Notes under the pieces: model-generated
The model's input: only the letters and a program-made list of their open reading frames with translations
Told to the model about the DNA's origin: nothing
Databases searched by the model: none
Made by a program: the position numbers and the translations under genes
From: Acidobacteriota bacterium
Lineage (GTDB): Bacteria; Acidobacteriota; UBA6911
NCBI GenBank assembly: GCA_963664705.1
Contig: OY761556.1
Span: forward strand, 4,608,001 to 4,672,000
DNA length: 64,000 nt
Direction of reading: 5' to 3'
Shown here: piece by piece, positions 9,487-19,312 of the stretch
How the letters are laid out: each line of letters opens with the position of its first letter
Position numbering within the stretch: the first letter of the stretch is position 1

Positions 9487-10776
9487 ATGAATGAAACAGC
9501 ATTTTTTCCCACCTGGAGCCTTGCGCCGTTTGTCGCTATGCTGCTTTCGATGGCCATTCTCCCGATGGTAATTCCCGGCTGGTGGAACAGCAATCGAAAC
9601 AAGGCAATCGCAAGCGTGGTGATATCGATCCCGGTCTTGGTATTGGTCCTCAGGCAAAAGCCGTCTTTGCTTGGACATGCCATGCTGGACTACCTGTCCT
9701 TCATCATCCTGCTCGGATCTCTGTTTGTAATCTCAGGCGGCATTCATATCCGTGGCGCATGGGCGGGAACGCCGATCGTAAATACCACTTTTCTTGCGGT
9801 GGGCGCGGTATTTGCAAACCTGATCGGGACAACCGGCGCCTCCATGCTGCTGATCCGCCCGTATATGCGAGCCAACCACCGTCGGCAGAAAAGATCGCAC
9901 CTCATTCTTTTCTTCATCTTCATCGTCAGCAATATCGGAGGTCTATTGACACCGCTCGGAGATCCGCCGCTGTTTTTGGGATTTCTGCGCGGAGTCCCAT
10001 TTTTCTGGACTCTGAAGCTGTTTCCCCAATGGGCCTGCGCCGTTGGAATATTGCTGGTTGTGTTCAATTTCATTGATCAGTACATTTTCAATAAAGAGGA
10101 TCTTGAAACCCCGGGCCCATTGGTTGAGGATGTGATGCCCCGTAGACATGTCCACATCGATGGAGCGCAAAACCTGCTGTATCTTCTGGGAGTCATGGCG
10201 GCCGCGCCGCTTAGCAGTTATTTCGGCTGGCCTCGAGGTATTCAGGAAGTCATCATGATCGCCATGGCGCTGTTCTGCTGGTTTGGAACCTCCGACGCCA
10301 TCCATAAGGCGAATCACTTTCATTTTGACCCGATCACGGAAGTCGCGGCTCTGTTTCTCGGCATTTTCATCACCATGGTCCCCGCGCTGGAAGTTCTGAG
10401 CCAGAAAGCCGCCGGATGGAATCTCCATTATTCCTGGCAGTATTTCTGGCTGACGGGAGCGCTCTCCAGCGTGCTGGACAACGCTCCGACATATCTCACC
10501 TTTGCCGCTATCGCGACCGGAGCTTTTGGCGGGAGCATTGAAAACCTGGGCGCGCTTGCCACATCTATCGCCGGACAGAAATTCCTTTATGCCATTTCCT
10601 GCGGAGCCGTGTTCATGGGGGCCAATACCTATATAGGAAACGGGCCGAATCTGATGGTGCGAAGCATTGCCGAACACTCTGGAATCAAAATGCCCTCCTT
10701 TGCCGGTTACCTGCTTTATTCATGCCTGATACTGATTCCGCTGTTCCTGCTGATTTCTCTGCTGTTTTTCCGGTGA
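9487..10776 (+). CDS. Ion-transporter (IT) superfamily protein, putative Na+/H+ antiporter (CitMHS_2-like)
   Basis: Multi-TM; IGTTGASMLLIRP, SNIGGLLTPLGDPPLFLGFLRG, LDNAPTY, GANTYIGNGPN. Confidence 0.8.
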   Translation: MNETAFFPTWSLAPFVAMLLSMAILPMVIPGWWNSNRNKAIASVVISIPVLVLVLRQKPSLLGHAMLDYLSFIILLGSLFVISGGIHIRGAWAGTPIVNTTFLAVGAVFANLIGTTGASMLLIRPYMRANHRRQKRSHLILFFIFIVSNIGGLLTPLGDPPLFLGFLRGVPFFWTLKLFPQWACAVGILLVVFNFIDQYIFNKEDLETPGPLVEDVMPRRHVHIDGAQNLLYLLGVMAAAPLSSYFGWPRGIQEVIMIAMALFCWFGTSDAIHKANHFHFDPITEVAALFLGIFITMVPALEVLSQKAAGWNLHYSWQYFWLTGALSSVLDNAPTYLTFAAIATGAFGGSIENLGALATSIAGQKFLYAISCGAVFMGANTYIGNGPNLMVRSIAEHSGIKMPSFAGYLLYSCLILIPLFLLISLLFFR

Positions 10777-10848
10777 TGATGGTTTGGTCAGTGGGATTCA
10801 CGGCATATAGCCTGCCGCGAATCCCACGAAAAATGTTGCGGAAGTCTG

Positions 10849-11616
10849 CTAGAAGGTCACTCCGTAATAGAGGAAGAGATAGCGATTCCGTGATGCATTG
10901 CTGTCCGCATAGCTGTCATTACCGATGCTGTAGCCTGCATTCAACAAGCCGTTCTTCGGAAGTGTGATCGAAACTCCCGGAGTAAAATATCCGAGGTTGT
11001 TCTTTCCGCTGAACCAGTCGGCTACAAAACTGATACGTTTGGACAAAGGCTGCTCGTACCCCAAGATCGCGCCGGCGCGTCTGCCGACAAAGCTGACCGG
11101 ACCACTGCCAACATCCTGATTGGCTGACACAACTCCAAAAATACCTCCGTGAAAACGCGGACCATAATCGCTGCTCTTGACCTTTTTGCTGACCAATCCA
11201 TAGAGCATACCCCAGGAATCCTGCGAACTGCGATTGTTCAGAGGTGTATTCAGCAGCGCTCCGGCAGCCACTCCTATGCCAGCCTTCTCATTGTCGTAAA
11301 ACTTCCACTTAATGTTGGGCTGAAAATATCCATTGCTTGCCGAATCCCCGGAAGCTCTGACGTTCGTTATAGGAAAGTTCACTCCCACCTCCACATTGCC
11401 TGGAAGTCCAACCACCAGGCGTGGATTGTAAAGATAGATCCGTGAGGAGTCTGCTCCGGGTATCTGCGGCAGGAAATCGAATTCGGCATAGGCCTTGCCC
11501 TTCGACACCGTATCCGTTGTCGGAATATTGAAAATGGTCGACTGCGCCAGCACCTGACTGCTGCATGCCACCAGTATCAGAAAAATAAATTGCGCCAGCA
11601 CTCTGTATTTTTTCAC
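10849..11616 (-). CDS. Putative outer-membrane beta-barrel protein
   Basis: GTG start after an AGGAG-containing leader; signal peptide ending VLA-QST; amphipathic beta strands; C-terminal YYGVTF beta-signal. Confidence 0.7.
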   Translation of the reverse strand: MKKYRVLAQFIFLILVACSSQVLAQSTIFNIPTTDTVSKGKAYAEFDFLPQIPGADSSRIYLYNPRLVVGLPGNVEVGVNFPITNVRASGDSASNGYFQPNIKWKFYDNEKAGIGVAAGALLNTPLNNRSSQDSWGMLYGLVSKKVKSSDYGPRFHGGIFGVVSANQDVGSGPVSFVGRRAGAILGYEQPLSKRISFVADWFSGKNNLGYFTPGVSITLPKNGLLNAGYSIGNDSYADSNASRNRYLFLYYGVTF

Positions 11617-11755
11617 CGCTGAACCCGCCTTTCTCCTATTGTTTTGAAATGCAGTCACGCTCCCAGTTGCCTGAAGGAGCAACAAATTTTCTATCGGGCA
11701 AACACCCACCCGCCACCCATGATGAATCTCCCGTTCGGTGGCTGGCTATTCCCTT

Positions 11756-11771
11756 TGCAAACTGCGTTCCA
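11756..11771 (-). promoter_or_regulatory. sigma54 promoter for the beta-barrel gene
   Basis: Minus strand TGGAACGCAGTTTGCA = GG-N10-GC with TTGCA. Confidence 0.7.
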
Positions 11772-11871
11772 AAAGTGATGACTTCGCGGAATTTAGCGCT
11801 ATCTCCATATGACAAAGCACTTTACTCATGGCAATTTCCATCCGATCAACATGGAGGGCAACCGTGGATTC

Positions 11872-11915
11872 ATTCCTATATGTATAAAATGTGGAGACAA
11901 TATACATTTTTGTAT
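11872..11915. promoter_or_regulatory. Paired palindromic enhancer sites
   Basis: ATTCCTATATGTAT (11872) and perfect ATACA-TTTT-TGTAT (11902), 30 bp apart. Confidence 0.55.
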
Positions 11916-12123
11916 TATCTGGCATCTGGAGATATTTGGGAGTTCAAGGAAAATTCGAAGAGGCACCGGAACCCGTCCCGAATCGCGTCACAAGGCAGGC
12001 AACGAAGCAAAAACTCGGGCATTGCCAGGCCGGGAAATTGGTTGCACCGGCAATCCCTGCTCATAATGACACGCACAAGCCCGACATTGGCCGCATTGCC
12101 GGCGCGGAGCAGGCGCCACACTA

Positions 12124-12167
12124 TTACAATTATGTATTTATTTTTCTTATTATATACTATTACGTAT
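12124..12167. promoter_or_regulatory. Paired palindromic enhancer sites
   Basis: TTACAATTATGTAT (12124) and ATACTATTACGTAT (12154), 30 bp apart. Confidence 0.55.
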
Positions 12168-12268
12168 CAATTCACTTTCCCGCTCTCGATCACATCGAAG
12201 CGCTACACAGCACCAAATAGCGGGGCAATTTCGAACGATTCCGAGTTAATCCTCTCAATTTGAAGGTA

Positions 12269-12284
12269 TGGCATAGCATTTGCA
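12269..12284 (+). promoter_or_regulatory. sigma54 promoter for the APC transporter
   Basis: TGGCATAGCATTTGCA, near consensus. Confidence 0.8.
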
Positions 12285-12348
12285 CTAATTCCTTCTTTTG
12301 AAAGAAATCGATTCAGTTGCGCGCAGTCTATTCCCGGAGTTCCTATTC

Positions 12349-14583
12349 ATGTCTAGTGTTTACTCTTCAAAGACAACAAAAGTCGTTGTTGCAACCACTG
12401 TAATGCTGGCCTTCATATCCTTTTGGCGGGCAGCGGCCATCGTTCTCTGTGATCTTGCGTCGTCAGCCTATTACGCGGGAGGCTTGGCAGAGGGATTCAT
12501 CGGCAAGTCTGCACCATGGTTTATCCTTGCAATTATGGTGTTTTCCACGGCAGTCAGAGCTGTCTATGTGGAAAGTTGCAGTATGTTTGTGCGCGGAGGC
12601 GTGTATCGTGTGGTCCGAGAGGCCCTGGGCCCTTCTCTCGCAAAGTTCTCCGTTTCCGCCCTTATGTTTGACTATATCCTTACCGGTCCGATCAGCGGGG
12701 TGAGCGCCGGCCTTTATCTTGCAGGACTCATTAATGAAACCGCCGATTTGATTCACACGCCCGGCATCAAGGTTTACCCCCCGTATTTTGCAGCTCTATT
12801 TACGGTCCTCATCCTTCTCTATTTCTGGCGGAAAAACATTATTGGCATGCATGAATCAAGTCAGAAAGCGTTGAGAATCATGCAGGCAACCACAATAATG
12901 GTGATCATCCTGATTTTCTGGTGCCTCGCCACCATCATCCACCGAGGGTACAATCCGGTTCCCTTTCCAAGCCTATCGACGATTCGCTTCAGCCATGATG
13001 CCGTCGGCTGGCTGAAAGGTACGATTCTGCCCAATATAACCGCCATTGCAGTCCTGATCGGATTAGGGCACGCCGTTCTCGCGATGAGCGGAGAGGAAAG
13101 CCTTGCGCAGGTAAATCGTGAGATCGCATCGCCAAAATTGAAAAATCTCAAACGCGCCGCAGTCGTCATTTTCGTATACAGCATGATGTTCACCGCACTG
13201 GTTTCCTTTTTTGCGGTCATGTTGATTCCCGATTCCGAGCGGATTGACAAATACCTGGACAATCTTATCGGCGGGCTGGCAATGAACGTCGTCGGGCCTC
13301 TTCCCCTTCGCCTGCTCTTCCACGCGTTTGTGGTTGTTATGGGAACCATCCTGCTATCCGGCGCGGTCAATACAGCCATTATCGGATCGAATGGAGTTCT
13401 GAATCGGATCGCCGAGGACAAGGTTCTACCCGACTGGTTTCGCAAACCACATCGGCAATATGGAACATCGGCCCGCATCATTACAATGATTGTCGGGTTT
13501 CAAATTGTAACGATTCTTCTCACCCGTGGAGACATTCAACTCCTTGGCGATGCATATGCCTTCGGAATAGTCTGGAGTTTTGCCATGCAAGGCCTTTCCG
13601 TTCTCGTGCTGCGCTTTAAGAAGCCCGAAGAGCCGGGATGGAAAGTTCCGCTGAATCTGAGGATCAGAGGAAGAGAATGGCCCCTGGGCTTGGGATTCAT
13701 TACATTAATTCTATTTTCCATTGCACTCGTGAATCTGGTAACCAAAAAGGTGGCCACCATCTGGGGAACGGTATTTACAGTGGGCATTTTTCTTGTCTTC
13801 GTCATCAGCGAACGCATTAACAAACGCGGCGCAGCGGGACGGCAACCCGAGCTTGAGAAATTCCGGCTTGTAACCGGCGAAACTCTGGCGCAGGAATCCA
13901 TCAACGCCCGCTCCGGCAATGTGCTCGTTGCGATCCGTAATCCCAACCAACTGGATCACCTCGAAAAAGTGCTGGTACGAACAGACACAAGGAAGATAGA
14001 TATCGTCGTCCTCACCGTGAAGAGGCTTTCAAGCCAGGGTTCGGGTGGATATGACTTGCATGCGGATCAGATTTTTTCGGACCAGGTCGCCACTCTTTTC
14101 AGCAGGGTCGTTGCGGTGGCGGAGAAAGCCGGCAAGCATGTAGAATTGTTGGTCGTGCCCGGACGAGAATACAATCGAGCCACCCTGGAAGTGGCGCAAC
14201 AATTGCAGTCAAACCTGGTGGTCATGGGGTTGTCTGCCAAAATGAGCCCGTCCGAACAGGCAAAAGCCTTTGGAGATGCATGGGAGTTGCTCCCTCCGCC
14301 ACGCCCACAACTTTCTCTTGAGATTCTCGATCAGCAAACGCAAAAGCAGCTCTTCTTTAACCTGGGACCTCATCCACCTCGACTCTGGCCTGAGGACGTT
14401 GAATTTCTGCACAGGTTATGGCGAGACATTTCCGCTTCGGGGCCTGGCCACAGGCTTCATCACAGAGATGTTGTACGCGTAGCCTTGAGGCGACTCGAGG
14501 TTGCGCTGAATTCATCCGACCGCAAGAGTATTATGGAAGAAATTGAAATGGAGACGTTTCACGAAAAAGCGGCAACAGAGTGA
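12349..14583 (+). CDS. APC-superfamily permease with a cytoplasmic USP-like C-terminal domain; KimA-like K+ transporter candidate
   Basis: About 12 TM helices; DLASSAYY, GGVY, FDYILT and SGEES motifs; soluble C-terminal region of roughly 250 aa. Confidence 0.8.
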   Translation: MSSVYSSKTTKVVVATTVMLAFISFWRAAAIVLCDLASSAYYAGGLAEGFIGKSAPWFILAIMVFSTAVRAVYVESCSMFVRGGVYRVVREALGPSLAKFSVSALMFDYILTGPISGVSAGLYLAGLINETADLIHTPGIKVYPPYFAALFTVLILLYFWRKNIIGMHESSQKALRIMQATTIMVIILIFWCLATIIHRGYNPVPFPSLSTIRFSHDAVGWLKGTILPNITAIAVLIGLGHAVLAMSGEESLAQVNREIASPKLKNLKRAAVVIFVYSMMFTALVSFFAVMLIPDSERIDKYLDNLIGGLAMNVVGPLPLRLLFHAFVVVMGTILLSGAVNTAIIGSNGVLNRIAEDKVLPDWFRKPHRQYGTSARIITMIVGFQIVTILLTRGDIQLLGDAYAFGIVWSFAMQGLSVLVLRFKKPEEPGWKVPLNLRIRGREWPLGLGFITLILFSIALVNLVTKKVATIWGTVFTVGIFLVFVISERINKRGAAGRQPELEKFRLVTGETLAQESINARSGNVLVAIRNPNQLDHLEKVLVRTDTRKIDIVVLTVKRLSSQGSGGYDLHADQIFSDQVATLFSRVVAVAEKAGKHVELLVVPGREYNRATLEVAQQLQSNLVVMGLSAKMSPSEQAKAFGDAWELLPPPRPQLSLEILDQQTQKQLFFNLGPHPPRLWPEDVEFLHRLWRDISASGPGHRLHHRDVVRVALRRLEVALNSSDRKSIMEEIEMETFHEKAATE

Positions 14584-14718
14584 ACTGCATCCTTGCAGGG
14601 TGAGCATTCCGGGCTGTTCCTCGACCTCCAGTAGTCTGAGCGCTAACCTCAAAGACTCCTGGAATCGAGGAATCAGCCCGCTTTCTTTGGAGGCAAAGCG
14701 GAGCACATTGTGTTACCA

Positions 14719-15057
14719 CTATAGGGATTCATCTCCCGATTCGCCGGTCCGAATTCGAATAGTGTCGGCAAGCTCATAAATAAAGATCTTGCCATCGCCA
14801 ACTTCGCCGGTATGCGCCGCCTTCTGAATTGCTTTGGCCGCCTCTTCATACTGACTATCCGAAACACCCACCTCAAGCTTGATCTTTGAGATTAAATCCA
14901 GGTTATATTCCGAACCTCGGTACCTCTCAACCTGCCCTTTTTGCCGTCCGGCGCCGCGCACGTCGGTGATTGTCAGCCCGGCAACTCCGACATCTGCGAG
15001 AGCCTTTTTAACCTCCTCAAGCTTATGCGGCCGAATCATAGCGCAAATCATCTTCAT
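14719..15057 (-). CDS. glnB: Nitrogen regulatory protein P-II (GlnB/GlnK)
   Basis: 112 aa; IRPHKL, GRQKG, T-loop ERYRGSEY, TGEVGDGKIF, RIRTGE. Confidence 0.93.
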   Translation of the reverse strand: MKMICAMIRPHKLEEVKKALADVGVAGLTITDVRGAGRQKGQVERYRGSEYNLDLISKIKLEVGVSDSQYEEAAKAIQKAAHTGEVGDGKIFIYELADTIRIRTGESGDESL

Positions 15058-15138
15058 CGCTCATAGTCCTTTCTCCGAGTTATCAATTTAAAAGGAATTG
15101 TTCAACACTTTCTACTGGCGACATCCTTCGCCACCTTC

Positions 15139-15154
15139 TGCAAGGCGCGCGCCC
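15139..15154 (-). promoter_or_regulatory. Possible sigma54 promoter for the P-II gene
   Basis: Minus strand GGGCGCGCGCCTTGCA = GG-N10-GC with TTGCA, about 80 bp upstream of the start. Confidence 0.45.
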
Positions 15155-15184
15155 ACTGAGGCTCCCCTAGGGCTCCGGATTGAT

Positions 15185-16312
15185 TTATGCGGCATTCTTC
15201 CCCAGACGAATCACGATGCGACAGAATTCGTCATCGGTTAAGGCCCGTTTGTATGCTGCCGCCTGGGCCCTTACTTCGGTCAACAAGCTGGGAAGAAGCC
15301 GCTTGGAAAGCCGGAGGTTGCGCTGCCTTATTGCATATTCCAATTGCCTTGTGCCCGAATGGCGCCCTATAAAAATTGCCGAGCTGGAATTGCCGACATC
15401 TTCCGGTGGAAACGGCTCGTAAGTGCGTCTATCCACGGCCAGACCTGCACAGTGAATCCCCGACTCATGGTGAAAAGCAGCGGGACCCACAATCGGCTTG
15501 TTCTCCGGCACAGATCTGCCTGAGGCATGGGCCACCAGGCTGCTCAGCATGGAAAGCCGCCGCCTATCGATCCCGCAGTCTTGCCGAAGGGAGACATGCA
15601 GAGCCATAACCACTTCTTCCAGCGCTGCATTTCCCGCCCGCTCACCGATACCGTTCACTGTTACGCTAATGGCCTGGCCTCCTGCAGACAGGGCTGCAAT
15701 GCTGTTGCCAACTGCCATCCCAAGATCGTTATGGGCATGAAACTCCAAAGGCAAGTCTGATGTGGCAGCCCGAACCTCTCTTACCAGGGCATACGACTGC
15801 ATGGGATTGAGCACGCCAACCGTATCCGTAATCCGCAGCCGGCTCATTCCTGCTTCCTGAGCGGCCACCGCAAATTCCCGGAGGAACGCCATGTCGGCGC
15901 GAGACGCATCCTGTGCTCCGATCGTCATGTATCCAAATGAATCCCGGAACTCTCGCACGAGATGTTTCAGAGTACTCAGAACCCATCCCCGGCTCTTCTG
16001 CCATGCCCTCAGATGAATATCCGAAACAGGGAATGAGATATGCACGCCATGCACCCTGCAGCATTTCGCTGCCTTCAGATCTGACCTCGTTGCACGGCAC
16101 CACGCAAGCAGACGAGTCGGCAATCCCAGATCGGCAATAGCGTTGATGTTGTCGATCTCCTCCTGTCCCATGGAAGGAATTCCGACTTCCAGTTCCGGTA
16201 CTCCGGCAAGCGCCAGTTCCTTTGCCATTGCCACCTTTTCAGCACGGGAAAAGACAACCCCTGCTGCCTGTTCTCCATCACGCAGCGTTGTATCGATTAA
16301 CCATGGTTTCAT
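15185..16312 (-). CDS. nifV: Homocitrate synthase
   Basis: [40 protein letters not shown]; lies in the nif operon. Confidence 0.92.
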   Translation of the reverse strand: MKPWLIDTTLRDGEQAAGVVFSRAEKVAMAKELALAGVPELEVGIPSMGQEEIDNINAIADLGLPTRLLAWCRATRSDLKAAKCCRVHGVHISFPVSDIHLRAWQKSRGWVLSTLKHLVREFRDSFGYMTIGAQDASRADMAFLREFAVAAQEAGMSRLRITDTVGVLNPMQSYALVREVRAATSDLPLEFHAHNDLGMAVGNSIAALSAGGQAISVTVNGIGERAGNAALEEVVMALHVSLRQDCGIDRRRLSMLSSLVAHASGRSVPENKPIVGPAAFHHESGIHCAGLAVDRRTYEPFPPEDVGNSSSAIFIGRHSGTRQLEYAIRQRNLRLSKRLLPSLLTEVRAQAAAYKRALTDDEFCRIVIRLGKNAA

Positions 16313-16353
16313 ACAAGATCCATCTATACGATCTTCACCGTACGCGGCGCAAT

Positions 16354-16656
16354 TCACGCCAGAATGTTCTTTTCGCAAATAGAGTCGTTTTCAAGAGCGT
16401 CAAGGATTTCACTCGCCAAATGCTCATCTACTTTCCCGTACCAGACATTATGCGGGTATAGGATCACCACCGGGCCCTCATCACAGGCTTTAAGACAGCC
16501 GGTGCTTGAGACCATAATGTCGTCGAGGCCCCGATCGCTAATCTCCTCCTCAAAGTATTGAAGCAGCTGAGCGGAATCCTTTTTGTGGCAGATTCCCTGG
16601 GGAGTTCCTCGCCGATAGCTGCCGCATACCAGTATGTGTTTTGAAGGCTTATTCAT
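16354..16656 (-). CDS. Thioredoxin-like [2Fe-2S] ferredoxin (nif-associated)
   Basis: [26 protein letters not shown]; AAGGAG RBS. Confidence 0.88.
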   Translation of the reverse strand: MNKPSKHILVCGSYRRGTPQGICHKKDSAQLLQYFEEEISDRGLDDIMVSSTGCLKACDEGPVVILYPHNVWYGKVDEHLASEILDALENDSICEKNILA

Positions 16657-16682
16657 CTTTTCTCCTTTATTGGGGGTAGTCC

Positions 16683-17966
16683 CTAACCACAACCGGTTCC
16701 ATTGCCGCGGCAACTGATCCCCTGCAAACAGCCGGCGAAACGCCGCATCATGGTTTTCGGGATGTTCTTTTTTGAATAGATCGCGGCCAAAGCCTCCTCA
16801 ATGAAACCTTCCATTTCAATTACTTTTAAGCCGTGCGATGACAGGATCTTCTTCGGGTTCGGCCCCGCAGCTTTAACCAGCAACACCCGGCAGTCGACGA
16901 GCATCTTTGCAAGCTCAATCCATCTCTCATCTCCGCTGCCCGATTCAGGCGTGACCCGGTGTTCTTTCAGGTCAAAAACCTCGGGATTTTCAGGATTCTG
17001 CCCAAAGATCAGGACCGATGCCGCTTCACCCAGATGTTGATTGACAAGCGTGCCTTCGCAGGAAGCAACCGCAACATACGGCCGATTTCCCACACCATCC
17101 TGCCGGCCGGATTCATGCGCGTAAGCCTGAATTCGATGAAGCATCTCTGTTGTTACCGGCTCAGTCAGGAGTCCTGCCGCATCAGCGCGGCAACGGGTAC
17201 AATGATTCATCTGCGGCAGTATCTCTTTACAGGATTGCCGGATGCTTTCCGTTAGGGTGTGTTCCGGCGATGATATTCCTTGAAAGACCGCGCCTTCGAC
17301 CGGTGCCATCGGCATGCAATTCATCAAATCAACACCTAATTTTGAAACCGTCCTGGCTATTTCGATAATGTGCCCGTCGTTGATTCCCGGAATAATGATG
17401 CTGTTGACTTTCACTGTTATCCCGTGCCGTTTGAGCGCACAAATGGCTTCCAGTTGTCTTCGAAGCAGCAGGGCCCCGGCCATTTCTCCCCGCATTGGAC
17501 GCTTTCCGTCTCGAATCCAGGAATAGATTTTGGAGGCAATGATCGGATCAACCGCATTAATGGTGATCGTAACGTGACTAACCTGAAGCGATGCCAGCTC
17601 CTCGATGTAGGGTCCGATAGCCAGTCCATTGGTGGCAACACAAAGGATCATCTCCGGGAACTCGCGCCGGACCAGCCGCAGGGTCTGCATCGTCTCCTCT
17701 GGATTAGCGAAAGGATCGCCCGGCCCGGCAAGCCCAACCACCGTCAATCGGGGTTGCCGCACAACAGTTTCGCGAAGATAACGCAGAGCCTGATCGGGAG
17801 TGAGCACGGCGCTGGTAACGCCAGGATGACTCTCGTTCAGACAATCATATTTCCGATTACAGAAGTTGCATTGCATATTGCACCGAGGTGCAACCGGAAG
17901 ATGAATCCTGCCGGAACTGTGCTTGGCTGCTTCGCTAAAGCAAGGGTGTTTTGAATGGTCTATCAT
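16683..17966 (-). CDS. nifB: Nitrogenase cofactor radical-SAM protein NifB with C-terminal NifX-like domain
   Basis: HPCF, HLPVAPRCNMQCNFC, AGPGDP, CTRCRADA, VNQHLGEA. Confidence 0.95.
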   Translation of the reverse strand: MIDHSKHPCFSEAAKHSSGRIHLPVAPRCNMQCNFCNRKYDCLNESHPGVTSAVLTPDQALRYLRETVVRQPRLTVVGLAGPGDPFANPEETMQTLRLVRREFPEMILCVATNGLAIGPYIEELASLQVSHVTITINAVDPIIASKIYSWIRDGKRPMRGEMAGALLLRRQLEAICALKRHGITVKVNSIIIPGINDGHIIEIARTVSKLGVDLMNCMPMAPVEGAVFQGISSPEHTLTESIRQSCKEILPQMNHCTRCRADAAGLLTEPVTTEMLHRIQAYAHESGRQDGVGNRPYVAVASCEGTLVNQHLGEAASVLIFGQNPENPEVFDLKEHRVTPESGSGDERWIELAKMLVDCRVLLVKAAGPNPKKILSSHGLKVIEMEGFIEEALAAIYSKKNIPKTMMRRFAGCLQGISCRGNGTGCG

Positions 17967-19312
17967 AAGTAGCTATACCCGACGTTTGAGTGGTCCTGCT
18001 TTCTTTCCAGTAGTGCATTGACCAGGCGATCATATAATTCCTGGGCTCCCTGATAGCCCAGGTGGAGGATTCGCTGTCCGCCTATCCGATCGTGGATAGG
18101 AAAGCCCGCGCGTATCAATGGAATATCCAGCTTTCGGGCCAGGTGATACCCTTTACTCGATCCGATCAGGAGGTCCGGACGACAATCGGCTGCAATTTCA
18201 GCCATGTCGGCAAAATCGCAATCGCCCCGGATCATTGTTTCTGCTGGAAGATCCGGCACAGCCTTTTTCAGGGTTGGTGAGAAGATTCCACTTTTTCCAC
18301 CGCTGGCACAAAGAACGGGAACCACGCCGATCTCGCACAGGAAGGCTGTCAGGCCGATCACAAGATCTTCTTCTCCGTACACGATGGCTCGTTTTTCAAA
18401 AACATATTTGTGTCCATCGATGTAGGAATCCAATAGCCGTCCCCGTTGCTTTGCATATTTGGCCGGCATGGAACGGTCGGACACCTTCTCCAGAATTCCC
18501 ATAAACCTATCGGTCTCTTTCATTCCGATGGGCAAGCCAATCAAGTGCCGGGGAACTCCAAATTTTTCGTCGAGCACACGGCCGGCAGTGAGAACAGATT
18601 CCGTGGTCAAACCAAACTCAACCGTGGCCCGACTCTGTCCCGCGAGCACAATATCTTTCACGGGCGTGCCGCCCGGCTGAAGTTTTTCATATTTATCCCA
18701 GGTTTCCCCATCCATGCTTTCGGAATAATCCGGCAAGATCGTGAGGGGGAACTCAAAGTCCGAGAGTATCTCCTTCAATAGACGCAGATCGGCCGACGAA
18801 ACCATCCCTGGAAACAGGTTCAACCGGTTGGTTCTGATTCCTCCAGCCGCAAACCGATTTACAACCGCGCTCACTGCGGCGTGAAACCCGTCGATATGGG
18901 TGCCCCGATAGCTCGCCGTCGAAACAGAAACCAGGGGCGCCTTATCCCCATGCCGTGTGGCATAATCGAGAAGCAGCCGGGGCATATCCTCGCCAATGGT
19001 TTCGGCAAGACAGGTTGTGGCAATACCGACCATTTCCGGCCGGTATTGCCGGATCACATTGGCAACGCCCTGCTGAAAAATGTCAGAACCGCCGAAAACG
19101 GCACTCTCTTCGTGGAAGTTGGAAGAGGCAATATCGATCGGCTCACGAAAGTGGCTGATGAGATATCGCCGGATATAGGTCGCACAACCCTGTGATCCAT
19201 GAAGGAAAGGGATACAACCTTCGATTCCCCTGAACACAAGGCATGCACCAAGCGGTGTGCATAGCTTGCACGCATTCTGCGTGACGGGCATGGAAGTACG
19301 TGCCCCGGTCAT
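17963..19312 (-). CDS. nifN: FeMo-cofactor scaffold NifN
   Basis: NACKLCTPLGA, HGSQGCATY, HFREP, TTCLAETIGED, GFPIHDR; ATGA overlap with nifE. Confidence 0.9.
   Translation of the reverse strand: MTGARTSMPVTQNACKLCTPLGACLVFRGIEGCIPFLHGSQGCATYIRRYLISHFREPIDIASSNFHEESAVFGGSDIFQQGVANVIRQYRPEMVGIATTCLAETIGEDMPRLLLDYATRHGDKAPLVSVSTASYRGTHIDGFHAAVSAVVNRFAAGGIRTNRLNLFPGMVSSADLRLLKEILSDFEFPLTILPDYSESMDGETWDKYEKLQPGGTPVKDIVLAGQSRATVEFGLTTESVLTAGRVLDEKFGVPRHLIGLPIGMKETDRFMGILEKVSDRSMPAKYAKQRGRLLDSYIDGHKYVFEKRAIVYGEEDLVIGLTAFLCEIGVVPVLCASGGKSGIFSPTLKKAVPDLPAETMIRGDCDFADMAEIAADCRPDLLIGSSKGYHLARKLDIPLIRAGFPIHDRIGGQRILHLGYQGAQELYDRLVNALLERKQDHSNVGYSYL

Noticed and set aside
11780-12348. c-di-AMP (ydaO) riboswitch upstream of the KimA-like gene
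   Set aside because: I could not recognise the conserved riboswitch segments, and the sigma54 promoter leaves only a short leader. An Infernal scan would settle it.
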